From NCBI RefSeq assembly GCF_001194135.2, contig NC_068987.1, positions 23,855,544 through 23,919,543 on the forward strand: a stretch of 64,000 nt of DNA, written 5' to 3'. A program made the translations under genes and the position numbers. This DNA comes from Octopus bimaculoides. Taxonomy: Eukaryota. Within the stretch, counting starts at the first letter, position 1. The number at the start of each line of letters is the position of its first letter. Below are positions 10,812 through 25,340 of this stretch, one piece after another. Under the pieces are notes generated by a model. The model worked only from the letters and a program-made list of their open reading frames with translations. It was not told the DNA's origin and ran no database searches.

Positions 10812-13602
10812 GTAAGTTTAAAGATGTTTTAAGTGTTGGAAACTCTTCAACTAAAGATGTGCTAGACAAGAAGTTGAAAAGTGGCTGATCTTAACCTGTG
10901 GGAGGTTTATGTAGCTATTGTACAAGTCAATAGACACTTGAAATGATCTTAAACCTGGAAAAGTACAGCGATTTAAGGCTAAAACCTACTACTTTCCAGC
11001 AAAATATTGAAGCAATAAATACTATTTACTAAATACATATTTCACATTAAATATTCCAACTACATCAATTTAATATGACTGTATTTTTATTGTTCAAATA
11101 TTATTAAAAAGCAAAATGACACAAAAATGTGAAGGAATTTTTTTAAATCAAGAAATTTTCTTAATAATTATACTTTTTAATTTTATCTGAGATATTTACA
11201 TGACAGAAGGTCAATAAGTTATCAACGAGGAAGAATAAAGGAGAATAATCCTCAGTCCAGGAGCCCAACTTGATAGCCTGCAACACTGTGGCCTATCCTG
11301 AAAGAACCCCATAGTTTAGGTGGTGGTGTTAAACTCAGGAACAACAGTCTCTCTGGCAGATATCCATAGTTTCCATCCATCAAATTTCACTCACAACATA
11401 CTGGACCACCCAACGCTACAGTAGAACATACTTTCCCACTTTCTGATTGAACCCACAACTAACTTCTCAACCACACAGCAATGCCTGCACCCAATAAGTG
11501 AAGATCAAGTGGAATCTATCTTCAGTTGGTGTCATTATATCTTTTATCTATTATTTGATTCAGTCATTAGACTGCAGTCATGCTGGGGCACTGCCTTGAA
11601 AAATTTCAACCCCAGTATTCATTTTTTTAAACTCTGATATTTATTCTATTTAGCCAAATTGCTAATTTATGGGAATGTAAACACACACACACCAACACCA
11701 ATTTTCAAGTTTGAAGTTGTGTACAGATTTTATATATTAAGACAAAGGATGTAGACAGAATTTTGGATAATAATTTATTTAGCACTTTCATCTCATTTTG
11801 AAGAATCATCAGATTTAGGACCCCATGTTGTATGTTTTCTTTTTGTCCAGTTTGTTAATCTTTGTAATACTAAGTTCAAATCTAGCCATGGTCAACTTTA
11901 TCTTTCATCCTTTCAGGTTAGAGCACCAAACAGGATACTTTATAGTATTTGTTCCAGCTCTCTGTATTCTGGTACCAATACCTGCAACAACACTAGTGTC
12001 AGCTTTGCCTTTCCTTTAAAAAAAACATGTGACATAGAGAGGGGAGACTAATGAGCATAGGTAACTGTGAGTGTGCCACAAAATCCTTGTCTAGGCTTGC
12101 ACCTTGATACAGGTGCAGATATAGGGTCAACCCAGAGCAACAGAGGCCTTAGATATAATCAGTGTGTAGTATCTAAATAGATCAATAATGCTAGAGTCAT
12201 ATATCAGCTCTAAGGAGGAGGAGAGTGGTATTCAAATATGATGAGATATAAACAGAGAAGACCAGGTTATCATGTCAGGTATAAGTAGGGAAAAAAATAA
12301 TATAATGATTAGAAAAGGCAATTAGCAAGATGCTACAAAGTCATTAGCCTAAACACTAATCATTGATCAATACTGAATCAAGGTAATAGACTGGCAAGAA
12401 CTGTTACTCTGTTGGACAAAATGGTTTGTAGAGTTTAGTGTCAGCACTTTATATTTTCAGTTGGAAGCCAGCTCATGGTGTGGCTGTACGGTTAAGAAGA
12501 TTAAGGTTCAATCTGATTGCATGATATTGGTAGCAGGAAACTGGAAGAAGCACATTGTGCATGTGTATGTGTATATATATATATATGACATTTATCATAT
12601 AAAGATTTTAATCTAGGTGCTTCTATTGCCTAATTTGAATTGTGTGTATGTGTGTGCATATCTTGTCTTGACATCATACAGGAGCAATGTTGTTCATTAC
12701 TAGTCTTCCATGAAAAACATGCCTGACCATGGGGAAATATGACTTTGCTTGAAAGCAGGTGAGAGTTGATAACAGGAAGGGCATCTGATCATAGAAAATC
12801 TGCCTCAATGAATTCCAACTGGCTCATGTAAGCATGGAAAAGTAAAAGAAAAGTTAAAAAGTTCAAACAGAGGCTATGGCCTGCACTTTAAAGGTGGATG
12901 AAGGTGTACACTGCCAAAAGCCACAATATTCCTCTAAAGATCAGCAACCCAAGTTATTATAAGCAAAACAGAATCCAAAAACTCTGTATTCAGTGATATG
13001 ACAGAATAAATAACTATTTTCATCATCATTAGTTTATGTCTGCTATCTACATTGGCATGGGTTGGACAGTTCAATGGAGTCCAACAAGTCAAGGGCTGCA
13101 TAATGTTCCAATGTCTCCATTTTACAATAGTTACTAACACACTTGTGTTCAAGTGAATGCAAAACCAATATTCTGAACATGTAATTTCATTGATATTTGT
13201 TTATAAACTAATTATAAAATGAAAGTAAATAAAAAGATCCTAGTAACTTCTTGTAGACAGCAACAATAGATATCATCTTCATCTCACCTGATAAGGTCTG
13301 TATTAATGAACAAATATAAAGAAACTAAACGTGTAATTCCAACAGCTAACAGAAGAACATTACATACATTGGTTCTAATCTGAGGAGTTTAAACATAGAC
13401 TAAGTAGCAACTGTTTTTTAGGGGAAGAGGGTATTGCCAAGAACTACACTGTCCAATGTGTTCTTTTATGATCAAAAGCATTCCCGCCATCACCATTTGG
13501 GATGGGGTGCATTATGTATCTAGGGCTGCATTATTTAACACTAGGACTATAAATTATAGGTTGTTTGCACCAACTGTAAAAAAAATAATAAATTACATAC
13601 CA

Positions 13603-14550
13603 CCTATAAGGACCACATGTGTCAATTGATGCATTGGCAACTTTTGAAACTTGCATCTGCTTTTCTTTATAGATACATGTGACAACGTTTTAGATATTCA
13701 GTAATTGCATAGCCTTTACAGCTTGCAAAACAAAACTGCAGTTTAGTTGGCATAATTCATTAGAATAGAAGAGAATTACCAGAAGCAGTAAAACAGGTGA
13801 AACCACTCCATGAAACTGGTTTTGAAATCTACAGAGAAGCCTACTGTCACACTTAAATTGCACCAGTGCAAAAAATCAAAGTCTGTTGTTGTTTTGAGTA
13901 CCATACATCAATATGTATAAGTTCCTTCTGAAAATAACCCCAAGAAGAAGCCTGGCACCATACTTTTTTATAACAAAAATAAGGTAAATGTAGATGTAAA
14001 TAATAAGGCTTTATTCAGTAAAAGCAAGCAGTGGATGATGGCCAATGCACATATGTTTTTTTTTTTTTTATAATATTTTGGATGTTGCTCTTATAAACAG
14101 CTGGGTAATATACACAAGTGTTTGCAACCCAGTCATTAGTTGACACGAATATATTCAAAGAGTTACTGAAAAACTTTGTGGTGATTCACTTCACAGTCGT
14201 TCATGTCCCATTGAGGAAACATCTACCACTAGAAATAAAGTCAGATGTACATGTGTGAAAACAAAATGCAGAAACAGAACCACAGAAATATATGGAGTTT
14301 GTAAAAAACTCTGTGTGGCAAATGTGCACTAAAATGTTGTGATGAACATTTACAATTTCTATAAATTTCTTTTTATTTTGTAAGGAAAAACTTCTTTCAA
14401 AATATCAAACTATTGCGATTACAATCATCATGAAGTCATAAAATTCAATAGATTTGTACATTTAATAAAGGTTTTTTACCTCTCTTTTTCTTTTTCCTTT
14501 CAAATTGGAAAACATCTGTGAGTCAATTGACGCATTCTAGTCCTTAAAGG
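13603..14550 (+). mobile_element. Internally deleted, decayed piggyBac-like DNA transposon
   Basis: Imperfect TIRs CCTATAAGGACCACATGTGTCAATTGA (from 13603) and reverse complement CCTTTAAGGACTAGAATGCGTCAATTGA (ending 14550); remnants KKKPGTILFYNKNK, WPMH, FYNILDVALINSWVIY and a C-terminal Cys-rich RCTCVKTKCRNRTT..VCKK. Confidence 0.75.
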
Positions 14551-16590
14551 TAAGTGAAAAGTCTGATCCTTCTAGTGTTAATGTATTCTTTCTTATTAAG
14601 ATAGTATGGTGTAATTGAGCGAGATTTAGCTGTTGTTCTCAGCAAACCAAGCAACTACACACAGGCTCATGTCTTGGTTTACAAAGCTAGAATTTTTTTT
14701 AACAGCTTTCCCAAGGTCATTAATTAGACAAGTAAAATTGTCTCAAATCACGTCACAAAGTTCTGGTGGCTATCGACTTTCTTTTATTATAACATTTATG
14801 AACCAGTATTATAACAATGGTTTCTGAAATAGTTTATCCTGGTTTTGATAGCATGAAGTCATTCAATAACATTTTCTAGAATGTCAGTCTATTGTAGGTT
14901 TGATTTAGGGGGCAATTTGAACTGAGAACCATTAGTTAGCAAAACACTCTGCTTTTATATGGTATCCCTGTTGTTTGTAGTCACGTACCATACCTACTTA
15001 TGATATTTATTTATTTTTTGGACGAATTGTGGGCTGAAAACTGAGAGCTAACAAAACACCAGTGTCCCAGCTGTTTGCAGTGACATGTCCATATCTCAAT
15101 AACCTAGGTCATAAACACAGCACCATTATGGAATAAGACACAGGACCTTTGACCTCAGTCTATGGACAAACCACTTGGTAACTTTACTAGCTGCAACTGT
15201 CAGTCATATGACCTGCTTGAGAAACAAAACACACTAATAAACACAAATTGTTCTTAACATCTGTATTTGAAATTGAAAGAAATTAGATACCATACATCTA
15301 AATTACCAACTATGTCTGGGAAAAAAGAGTGGATGGTTCTGGTTGAAATGACTTTCAATCATAGGGTTGCTTTATTAAAAAGTAACCTTGGGATAAACAA
15401 CATCCCCTGTTAATTGCCTCCTCCCCTATGACTTTCTTTAATTGCATTGTTGTTCAACTCCAGGTCAGTCCTGATGAAGCAGACCTGTGATCAAAGGCAT
15501 TTCACTCATAATCATCCTGTCTTTTCTCTTTGTACAGAGAATGCAGGACCACATTTCCAGTACGTCTCTTTTTTTCTGATATGAGAGAGATTTGGCTGCT
15601 ACTTCTAGCATATTAAGTAACTATGCAGAGGTTTGTTCCTGCAATTCTTGTTGGACATAAGGAGTATGCTAAAAAATGAAGAGGACACTGCATGTGAGAG
15701 GTAACAAACATCTCAACCAATCAAAATAGTTGTAAGCAGGCCAGCATTAAACTACAAAGTTAATGTTTGATGCTTTCAAACTTGTGTACTTAGGTTTCTA
15801 TCTTTGTTAGTGGTAGTGTAAAATAAACTATTATGACTAACAATTGGAATAGGACTGGATAGGGTCACAAGTGATCAAGTCAAGGATCCCAGGTAGGGAT
15901 CTATAGTATGAGATTGAAAGGTCGAAACTGAAGGGGTTTGAACTAACTATTGATCTAAACAACTTATGAACCATTTAAACTATGTTGTGACCTTAATCAA
16001 GCAGATCTATGAACAAAAGAAGTCCAGTCACAACCAGCACACTTATTTGTTAAGAATAGTGTATTCAGACTACATCATAATCGATGTCCTATTTAAGACA
16101 ATAGGTTGTGGCTTGAGAGAGAAATATTGTTTACTATTTCCAGCATGTCAGAGTTTGATATTTGAATTTTGTGGTTTGGATCAATGGAAACTAAATTTTA
16201 AACTAATGTCTGTATGACCTTTCTTTCAACAGCTGCTATTTTAGTTATTACTAGCTGTTACACTTGTGGCAAAAGTGTTATTATTATTACGACTGTAGTT
16301 GCACTTATTACAGTAAAAGTCTTGGCAGTAGTGCTGCAGCAGTTGTATGTCAATCTGCAGGTTTCCAGCTGATGCATTTTTACACAATCTTCTATAACCT
16401 GTTTTTATGTCAACAGCTGGTGTATATCACCTCACTTCCCTATATGTGTCCCTTTGCACACACATGCACACACACACACACTCTCTCTCTTTCTCTCCCT
16501 CATGCTTCCTCCTTTCACTCCCTCTTATTCTCACCCACTCATCCTTTTCTCCCTCCCTTCCACTTACATACACTTTCCTTTCTATTGTAG

Positions 16591-16733
16591 AATGGTGCTT
16601 CCATGTGAGAAGTCTGTTTATTCCAGTTATGTCTCATGACAGTAGATGGGCCAAGAGGAGGAACCTGTACCGTACTGACTATACTGAAGAGGAATACATT
16701 GCTAGACTGTATAATGGTAACCAGAAAGATTAA
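16591..16733 (+). CDS. Candidate terminal coding exon of an unidentified gene (WCFHVRSLFIPVMSHDSRWAKRRNLYRTDYTEEEYIARLYNGNQKD*)
   Basis: Pyrimidine-rich acceptor TTTCCTTTCTATTGTAG|; 47-codon complex open frame (phase 1) ending TAA; not repeat-like. Confidence 0.45.
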
Positions 16734-17129
16734 CACCAGCTAAACATTTATTGATATATATATGCAGGAGGAGGAACAGTCCAATTGGTATGGTTATGCA
16801 GTGATATTGTAATACCTTTATGATTAGATTTTACTTATAGAAATATTTTCCACCACAATCCTCATCATCATCCTCACCAATAGATTTAGAAACTATCTAG
16901 CACACCTCATGTAGGCTATTTTGTTTCAGGTTCATCATGACCAACATTTTTCATAATAGCACAAATTAAACTGGTTAATAACATTCAGCACCTCTTGCTG
17001 TATCTCACTGCTTCATTATTTCATCTTTGGGGCCCAGTGTTCTGAGATATGACCTAACTACTCTCTTTATGAAAGTGTTGTACATCATCTCACTCAATAT
17101 GCACTCAACAAGCCATTGTATAGCCATCC

Positions 17130-17388
17130 TTACAGATGTCCCGTTGTCTATCCAACCTTACCAGCATCTTGATGTGTATCAAATCCTCACTGACAGACTG
17201 TTGCATATCCATCCTCACTAATATCCTGTTGTATATCTGACCATCACTGACATTATGTTGTATATCTGACCATCACTGACATCCTGTTGCATATTGAACC
17301 CTCACTGATGTACAGTTGTATAACCAACCATCACTGACACATAGTTGTACATCCAACCCTCACTAACATACAGTTGTATATCCAACCC
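17130..17388. repeat. Degenerate minisatellite, unit about 29 bp, about 9 copies
   Basis: Repeats of approximate consensus ACATNCNGTTGTATATCCAACCNTCACTG. Confidence 0.8.
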
Positions 17389-18270
17389 CGATTCAGTTTA
17401 AGTATGTACATAAAAAAAAAAGAATGAAACCCAAAATAGTGCGAGTCAGTTGGAACTGAACCTACATTCCTTTAATAATTCATTCCAGTACACTACCAGC
17501 ATCATAATGGCTTTTTAAAAAGTTTCCAGTCACATTTCTAAGCACATTCATATTTCTTTCCTATTAAGTTCATGCCTGCCCCACCCCCACCTCCCCAGTC
17601 TCCCTCTCTCTCTCTCTCACACACACACAGCTTCATTGTGTAAGTGCTGTGCAACAATAGGAACTAGTCCTGTTTCTTTCTTAGTTTTAAAAATTTAACA
17701 TCAATAACAATGCTGCCACCATCTATCATACTCAATGATGATCATCACCACCGCCTTCATTGTCAATATTAATATTACAGTCAACAACACTGAGTCCCAT
17801 GGCAACATGCATCAGCATTGTCACTAATATCTTCATTAGCACAGCAATGATTATTCTCACCATCACCACTATTGTTGTTGATAGAAAGGACATCACCACC
17901 AGCAACAGCAGTATTACTACAGAATGGTCTATGTATAAATAACTTTATAAATTTCAGCTGGAGAGGGTGCATGAGGTATTTTAAAATTCAATGCATATTT
18001 AATTAGCTTTTTAATATTATTAATAAAAAATGGAAATCAACAATGTTATTCTTATGGTTTTTATAGTTATTGGTATTAGCATTCTTAAATGAAACAAAAA
18101 AACTAAACAATAAAAATAACACAAATTGGTTTCAGTCACTGCTAAAAACATTTAGTATTTAGGTCAGACATTGCTATATTTTTAGTCTGTTGAACATTAC
18201 ATAATTACCAACCACACTGGTTGTAAACATTGAATTATTTTGACTACTTGCACATCACCANNNNNNNNNN

Positions 18271-18308
<38 letters not shown>

Positions 18309-21300
18309 ATCAAACATAGATGCATAAGTTTAACAGCTGGTATAGGTCTGTCTGATCAGACCTAGAATTATCACACAGCTACTGAGTAGTTAACTACTGG
18401 AGGGTATATTATCCAGAAATATAATATTACATAAACTCCCAAGAGACCAAAGGAGTATCAGACAACTGTAGAAGTTTCATTCACAACAAAATCAGTCGAA
18501 AACAAAGTGTTGTACTTTATCTTTTCTATTACATGTCATTTAATTGCCCAACTCTTAAAAGAGTTTTTTTTTTTTTTTATGCAGAGTATTTGGACTTGCA
18601 CTCATCTAGCAAGTGACTGTGTTGAACCTGAAGCACATTTAACAACTCCATGTATCAACCCTTTTGTTACCATACTGTCATTGAAAAACACTGCTTTTTG
18701 CCTTTTTCACCATTAACTTTGAAAATAATAAATAGGCACAGGCACGGTTGTGTGGTTAAGAAGTTGGTTTCCCAACCAAATGGTTTCAGGCTCGGTCCCA
18801 CAGCAAACCTTTACAATGTTTACAGTTGTCATTGTTTAGCACCAGGTCTACCCAGATTGAGCTGGCATATGATCAACAGTGTTACAGCTGTGACAATTTA
18901 ATCTAATATTCAGACATAATATATCTAGGATTATATTACAGAATGATTCAATGTTTCTTTCCAGGTTTAATTCTTTTGTAACTATATTTCCATTGAGATA
19001 TACTATCTTTGCTTCAATTTTTATAATTAAGGAGAATATAATAAAATAACTTTGTAATAATTAAGCTGGTGTTTGGAGCAAATGAGCATGTAATCTTGAT
19101 GGAAGATTTTAATTTAGATCACTTTAAAACAGGAAGTTGGTGTCATAGAACCTAGGACGGTATCAAAAAGGTTAAGATGGTAGTGTAACTAGGGGAGATT
19201 TCGCTGCTATTTCTAGCAAGTCAAACAAGCCCCCTCATCTAACTTCTGAGGTCTTTCTTTTGAAAATGTGTTTTATGGTTGGCAACCTTTCTTCATGCCT
19301 TATCACGAGAACAAAATGGGATTGATAGTTTTTTGGTTTATTCATTCTGCTTTTGTGTTTGGCTAAACTGTTTGGTTGACCTCATCCCTGGTAGTCCAGC
19401 AACCATGGACACACAACAGCTGTGCTTTTAGTTTAACTGACCATTAATCTTTAATACTGAACTAATCTGTAATCACTCACAAACATTTTGATGGCAAAGT
19501 ATTTTGTTACAGATGACGTTTTTTTAAAAGTTCTCTGACCTCAGGCCTGAGTAGTGAATAGACTTATTGACCATTCACACTATACTTTGATCATTGCTTC
19601 AAACAGACATTTAACAGTTTTCCTTTGTTCTCTGCTTGGGATCAACAACTTACCTATCAAGCTCATTCTTATAGTCTAACTGGATATTAAGATTTTGTGT
19701 TTACCTTTTTTAAACTTGCATTTGCTGGCAGTACACAGCATAATAGCTTCCATTAAAATTATAAATAACTATATTCTGTTACAGCAAGAACCTTTGTAGG
19801 CATTTAATAACACACAAAGCTATTAACTCTTTTGATACCAAAATGCCTGACTGCTCCTGGTTCTCTGATACATCTTCCTATTTTAAATTGCTCTAGATTT
19901 TAAAAAAATCTTCCATCAAAATTTCATGTTAATGTTCCAAACATGAGCTTCGTAATAAAAGATTTTCAAATTTAATTGTAACAAAGACAGTGTATTTCAA
20001 CAGCAATGTTTAGTCTCTCGATTCATGTGAATCTTCATATAGATTTTATATGAGATGTAGTGTTTTATAAAGTGAAATTGCTGAGAAGTTCACTTTTTAG
20101 GCAACATCATTCCTCAGGGAGTTTCTAGCCTGGCTGAAGTTTTCAAATTTAACTTCATACAAGAACCATCTCTAACCACTTAACTTTTTTTATATCAACC
20201 CACCTCAGACTGCCCTGGTTCTATGATACAAATATACTGTCTTGAAGGGATTTAAATTAAAACCTTCCATCAGAGTTTATATGTCATTTTATGTTCCAAA
20301 CACCAGCTTAATAATGAAAGCTATTTTATTTCATGCTTGCATGGGTTGAATAAAGTTTATTCAGGCAGATTTTCTGTAGCCAGATGCCCTTCCTGTTACC
20401 AAGCAATGTAATATTTCACCATGGCCAGACATTTTTTTTGCAGATTATTGAAAATGAATGATATTGCTTGTATGATAGTGACAATCATAACTATTCATGT
20501 GATGTCAAAACTAGTAGTTACAAACATACACACACATATACATATATATTATTATTTCCCTTAGGCATAGAGATACTAATAACCTGATGTCAGAATTCAA
20601 TATACACATGCTTCAGAACAAAGCATCAGTTGAGTATAGAGCAGTAATAAGAAAATTAAAATGACAAAGAAACAAGAAATTACGTCATGAACTTTATGAG
20701 ATTACAATTGCTTCTGCTTCAAGATGCAATAGAGCGATACACAAATGCTCAACTGAATATATAGCATCTCAGAGCAGAAACAGCTGTAAGCTAATGAAAT
20801 TCATGACAATGTTTTATTTCCTTGTCATTTTAATTTACATAAAATATATACACACACACACCAGACTTATTACAGTTTTTCACAACCAAATCCACTCACA
20901 AGACTTTGGTCAACCCAGGGCCATAGTAGAAGAGATGTGCCCAAGGTGCCACACAGCTATGCTCCTACACAAATATAACTGTTTCTTTGTATTAATAGTC
21001 AAATAGCGGCAGACCTTGCTATCAATTTCCTACTTCAATGTTAATGATTAAAACACTTGAGTATTGCTGTTGTTGTTGTTATGGTAGTAATAGTTGCTAT
21101 TGCTGTCTCAACAGGAAGCAGAATTAATGAGTGTTCCTATGTAAAATTGATAATTGTGTGTGCGTATGTGTGTATGTATACATGCATCTTAATTATGTTC
21201 TTGTGGTTAAATATGTAGCTATATTAGTGTGTTTACCATTTGTTGATGCACACTATCATGAGTTTTCTAGAATACTGCTGTTTCAGACATATGTGTGTGC

Positions 21301-22663
21301 ATGTAGATGAGTGTATACGTATTCATGTGTGTGTGTATTTATAAATAACAATACTAGAGTTTATTAACATAAGAGTAGGAAATTGGTAGTTTGAGTAATA
21401 GGAAGAAATATAATGTATGTTCGTGTGCATGTGTGTATATATGTGCATGTATACATACATATATATACAAAATGAAAGAAGCTAAGAGACAGTAACTCCA
21501 AAGAGACCAATGACATGAACTTGGATTACGAAGTCAATGGGGAATATACTGGATACTGTATATGATAAATTCTTAATTCATTAAAACTTCTCTCCTGGAC
21601 AGAGAAAGCAAATAAAAGCCTAGTGAGCATTGCTAGCAACTGTGAATGAGAAGAAGAGACAATTTTAAGAAATTAGCAAATTTCACGATTCAATTAACAT
21701 TCTTAAGAAAAAAGACAGTTTGATTTTTACTTCAGAGAAGTGGGAGAGCTTTTCAGCCTCGGTTTGGCCACATAGACAAATCATTAACATCATTGCATGA
21801 TTATTTGTTATCTACTTTCTATGTCTGTAAGGTGTAGGGGTTGGACAGCTCATTGCTACATTCTGAGGACTGGAGTACCACATCTCACTGGTAAATTTTA
21901 CTTTTGGTTTGGTTTCTATGGCTGGTTGCCTTTATTAACACCAGCCACCTTACCTAGTTTTTATCATGGCACCAGCTCCAAGGAGATTGTCATGTCTTCA
22001 ACAAGACCAAAGGAAATATACCCAATGCAATCTGTTAAGTGTGGGGTTGATTCCACACTTAACTGATTACACTGGGTATATTTTACATGGTACAAGCTCT
22101 GGAGAGGGTAGAGGTGAGATGTGAAGAATAAGTAAGAAGTGGATAAATGATGAAGGTGGATGAGGATTGCCAACACCAAATAGCCTAAGAAGGAGTATAG
22201 GTAAAGTGTATGGAGTATATGCATATGTGGTGATGTCCCTTAAGCAAATGTCTCACAAAAGGTGAGCAAGGGCTTTAAGGATATGAGAGAAGGGATGGAA
22301 TGTCTGTGAGATGATCATATAGGTGCAGTGAATAATATTGGTACATGCATGTGTATGTATGTGTGTGCATGTGTAAGTATGTGTATGTATGTAAAAAAGT
22401 GAGAGAGGTGAGGTGGAGTGTTTATGAGAGGATCATATAGGTAGCATCCTCAATTATACTGGAAATACTATGTTGAAAAGAGATGATCAACTGTTCATTT
22501 AAGTCACACTGGTAGCATAGTACAGTAAGACAGAAGAAAACTGTAACTGAGAAATGAGCAATAAGGGGCATGAGAGATAAAGGCTTGAGTGATCACGACA
22601 TGTGTGTGTAGATTTGTAGATTTTCTACTTGGCAAGCACTGTCAATCATCCTATGTATGTGTG

Positions 22664-22717
<54 letters not shown>

Positions 22718-23196
22718 CATACATAGACACACACACACATATATACATACACATATATATACACATACTTGCACACATATACATGTATTTGTGTCTGTGA
22801 TTATATAGTATGTCTGTATATATTTTTACATATAAATTTGTATTTGTGATGAGTAATGTGTATGCATTATATAAACAATCTGAAAATCTTTCCAAAGTTC
22901 AAGAATTTCATAATGGTAGCCAAGAATGAAGTCAATGGAAGTGTGTGAGAGGGGAAGATGAAACAAAAACATTGCTAGATAATCCTACATCTTGCTGTTT
23001 TGTTCAGCCCCAAGGTGGTATTGACCAAGCAAACCTATGATCATTCAGATAGATGATAGACACTGCCATTGTTTCAATTAATTTTGAAAAATGAAGAATT
23101 TAGTAAAATAACTTTGTGGGTGAATTTGGTACATGGAATCTGAAAGAAGCCCACTTATATACATACAGACATCATACATACATACATATTTATATA

Positions 23197-24347
23197 CAGG
23201 GGTTGGACAAAATAATGGAAACACCTAGCATCAAAGCATTATAATTTTGAAGTATCTATAAAACCATCAAAAGCTTGTTTATTTTTATGTTTTTTGATTT
23301 ACTATTAGTATTGCTTAATATGTTTTGCTAAGATTACTGTTTCTTTTCAGATATCATCAGAAAAAGTAATTAAAATTCATTAAAATGACAGATCTATCAG
23401 ACTTTCAAAGAGGTCAAATTGTTGGTGCCTTGTATGGCAGGCGCTAGTGTTACAAAAACAGATGAAATGTTTGGTGTATCAAGAAGTACTGTCTTGAAAG
23501 TAATGACAGCCTTTGAAAGAGGGAAAAAACCTCCTCATCGAAACAAAACTCCGGAAGAAAACCAAAACTTTCTGATAGGGACCATCAGACTGTTCCGCAA
23601 ATTGTTAGAAAGGATCACAAAAGTACAGCTCCCAAAATTACTGCAGAGCTTAATGACCACCTTGAGAACCCAGTTTCCACAAAAACTATTCGTCGGGAGC
23701 TGCACAAAGCCAGATTTCACAGGAGGGTTGCAATCAGAAAACCACTACTTTCAAAAACAAACGTTGCAAAGCATTTAGAGTGGAGTAAAAACCGATAGAA
23801 TTGGTCCCTAGAGCAGTGGAAGAATGTTATTTTCTCAGACAAGTCATCCTTTACCTTATTTCCGACCACGGGCCAAGTATAGGTGTGGAGACAGCCAAAA
23901 GAAGCATTTGATCCAGACAGCCTTCTTCCAAATGTTAAACATGGAGGAGGGTCTGTGATAATCTGGGGCACTATATCTTGGAAATCCACCGACCCAATGG
24001 TTTCCCTTCAAGGCAGAATTAATAGTCAACACTACTTAAGCATTTTATCTGATCAAATTCATCCTATGGTTGCGGAACTGTTTCCAAAGGGAAACGCAAT
24101 CTTTCAGGATGATAATGCACCAATTCACATAGCTAAAGTTGTTACTGAATGGCACGAGGAACATTCTAGTGAAGTTGAACATCTTATCTGGCCACGACAG
24201 TCCCCAGATCTCAATATTATTGAACATTTATGGTGCATTTTAGAAAAACAAGGAGTCGATATCTTCCACCATCATCACTACAAGAACTGGAGACTGTTCT
24301 AGCTGAAGAATGGACAAAAATTCCTTTGGAAACAATTCCAACTTTGT
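23197..24347 (+). mobile_element. Tc1-family (DD34E-type) transposon, inactivated; right end in gap
   Basis: TA|CAGGGGTTGGACAAAATAATGGAAACACC left TIR; ATG 23385 MTDLSDFQRGQIVGA; VKHGGGSVIIWG, FQDDNAPIH, WPRQSPDLNIIEHLW; frameshifts and stops. Confidence 0.9.
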
Positions 24348-24924
24348 NNNNNNNNNNNNNNNNNNNNNNNNNNNNNNNNNNNNNNNNNNNNNNNNNNNNN
24401 NNNNNNNNNNNNNNNNNNNNNNNNNNNNNNNNNNNNNNNNNNNNNNNNNNNNNNNNNNNNNNNNNNNNNNNNNNNNNNNNNNNNNNNNNNNNNNNNNNNN
24501 NNNNNNNNNNNNNNNNNNNNNNNNNNNNNNNNNNNNNNNNNNNNNNNNNNNNNNNNNNNNNNNNNNNNNNNNNNNNNNNNNNNNNNNNNNNNNNNNNNNN
24601 NNNNNNNNNNNNNNNNNNNNNNNNNNNNNNNNNNNNNNNNNNNNNNNNNNNNNNNNNNNNNNNNNNNNNNNNNNNNNNNNNNNNNNNNNNNNNNNNNNNN
24701 NNNNNNNNNNNNNNNNNNNNNNNNNNNNNNNNNNNNNNNNNNNNNNNNNNNNNNNNNNNNNNNNNNNNNNNNNNNNNNNNNNNNATCGATATCCATCACC
24801 TTTGAATGGGACTGGAGGCAAGCTTTCAGGTGTTTAACACCCAGTGCTATGAAGGAGTCGTCCCCAAAGCATTATACTGCAGTGTACCACTGAACAAGCA
24901 AAACATACAATGAATATAGGTGGT

Positions 24925-24982
<58 letters not shown>

Positions 24983-25175
24983 TATATATATAATGTTTGC
25001 ATGAGTATGTACATGTTTTAGTGCTTCCTTGTTTTGACAGCATATGATAGTTGTAAACAAGCATGTATTTACACACACATATGCATAAATATAAAATAGA
25101 GAGAGATACATATAAACACATAGACTTACATATCCATAATGATAAATGTATACAAATATACATGATGACGACTGT

Positions 25176-25340
25176 CCACTAGTGACCGAGGAAGACCATC
25201 ACTGACCACTGCCCTTGCATGAGGTTATTGCACCAGCAGCTGCCTTCACTAGTGACCAAGGAAGACCATCACTGACCACTGCCCATGCTACATGTCAGCA
25301 ATGCCCAAGCATGAGGTTATTGCACCAGCAGCTACCTTCA
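25176..25340. repeat. Local direct duplication (unit about 70 bp, second copy with insertion)
   Basis: CACTAGTGACC.AGGAAGACCATCACTGACCACTGCCC and GCATGAGGTTATTGCACCAGCAGCT each occur twice. Confidence 0.75.

Noticed and set aside
13764-13796. Apparent 33-nt exon NRRELPEAVKQ with a CAG|GTGA donor
   Set aside because: Lies inside the piggyBac transposase relic
17130-17388. CRISPR-like array
   Set aside because: Contiguous degenerate units with no unique spacers, in a eukaryotic context
17760-17972. Thr/Ile-rich ORFs
   Set aside because: Degenerate (CAT/CAC)n low-complexity DNA without splice support
22593-22895. YI/CV/HT-repeat ORFs here and throughout the window
   Set aside because: Translations of (TA)n, (CA)n and (TAGA)n microsatellites
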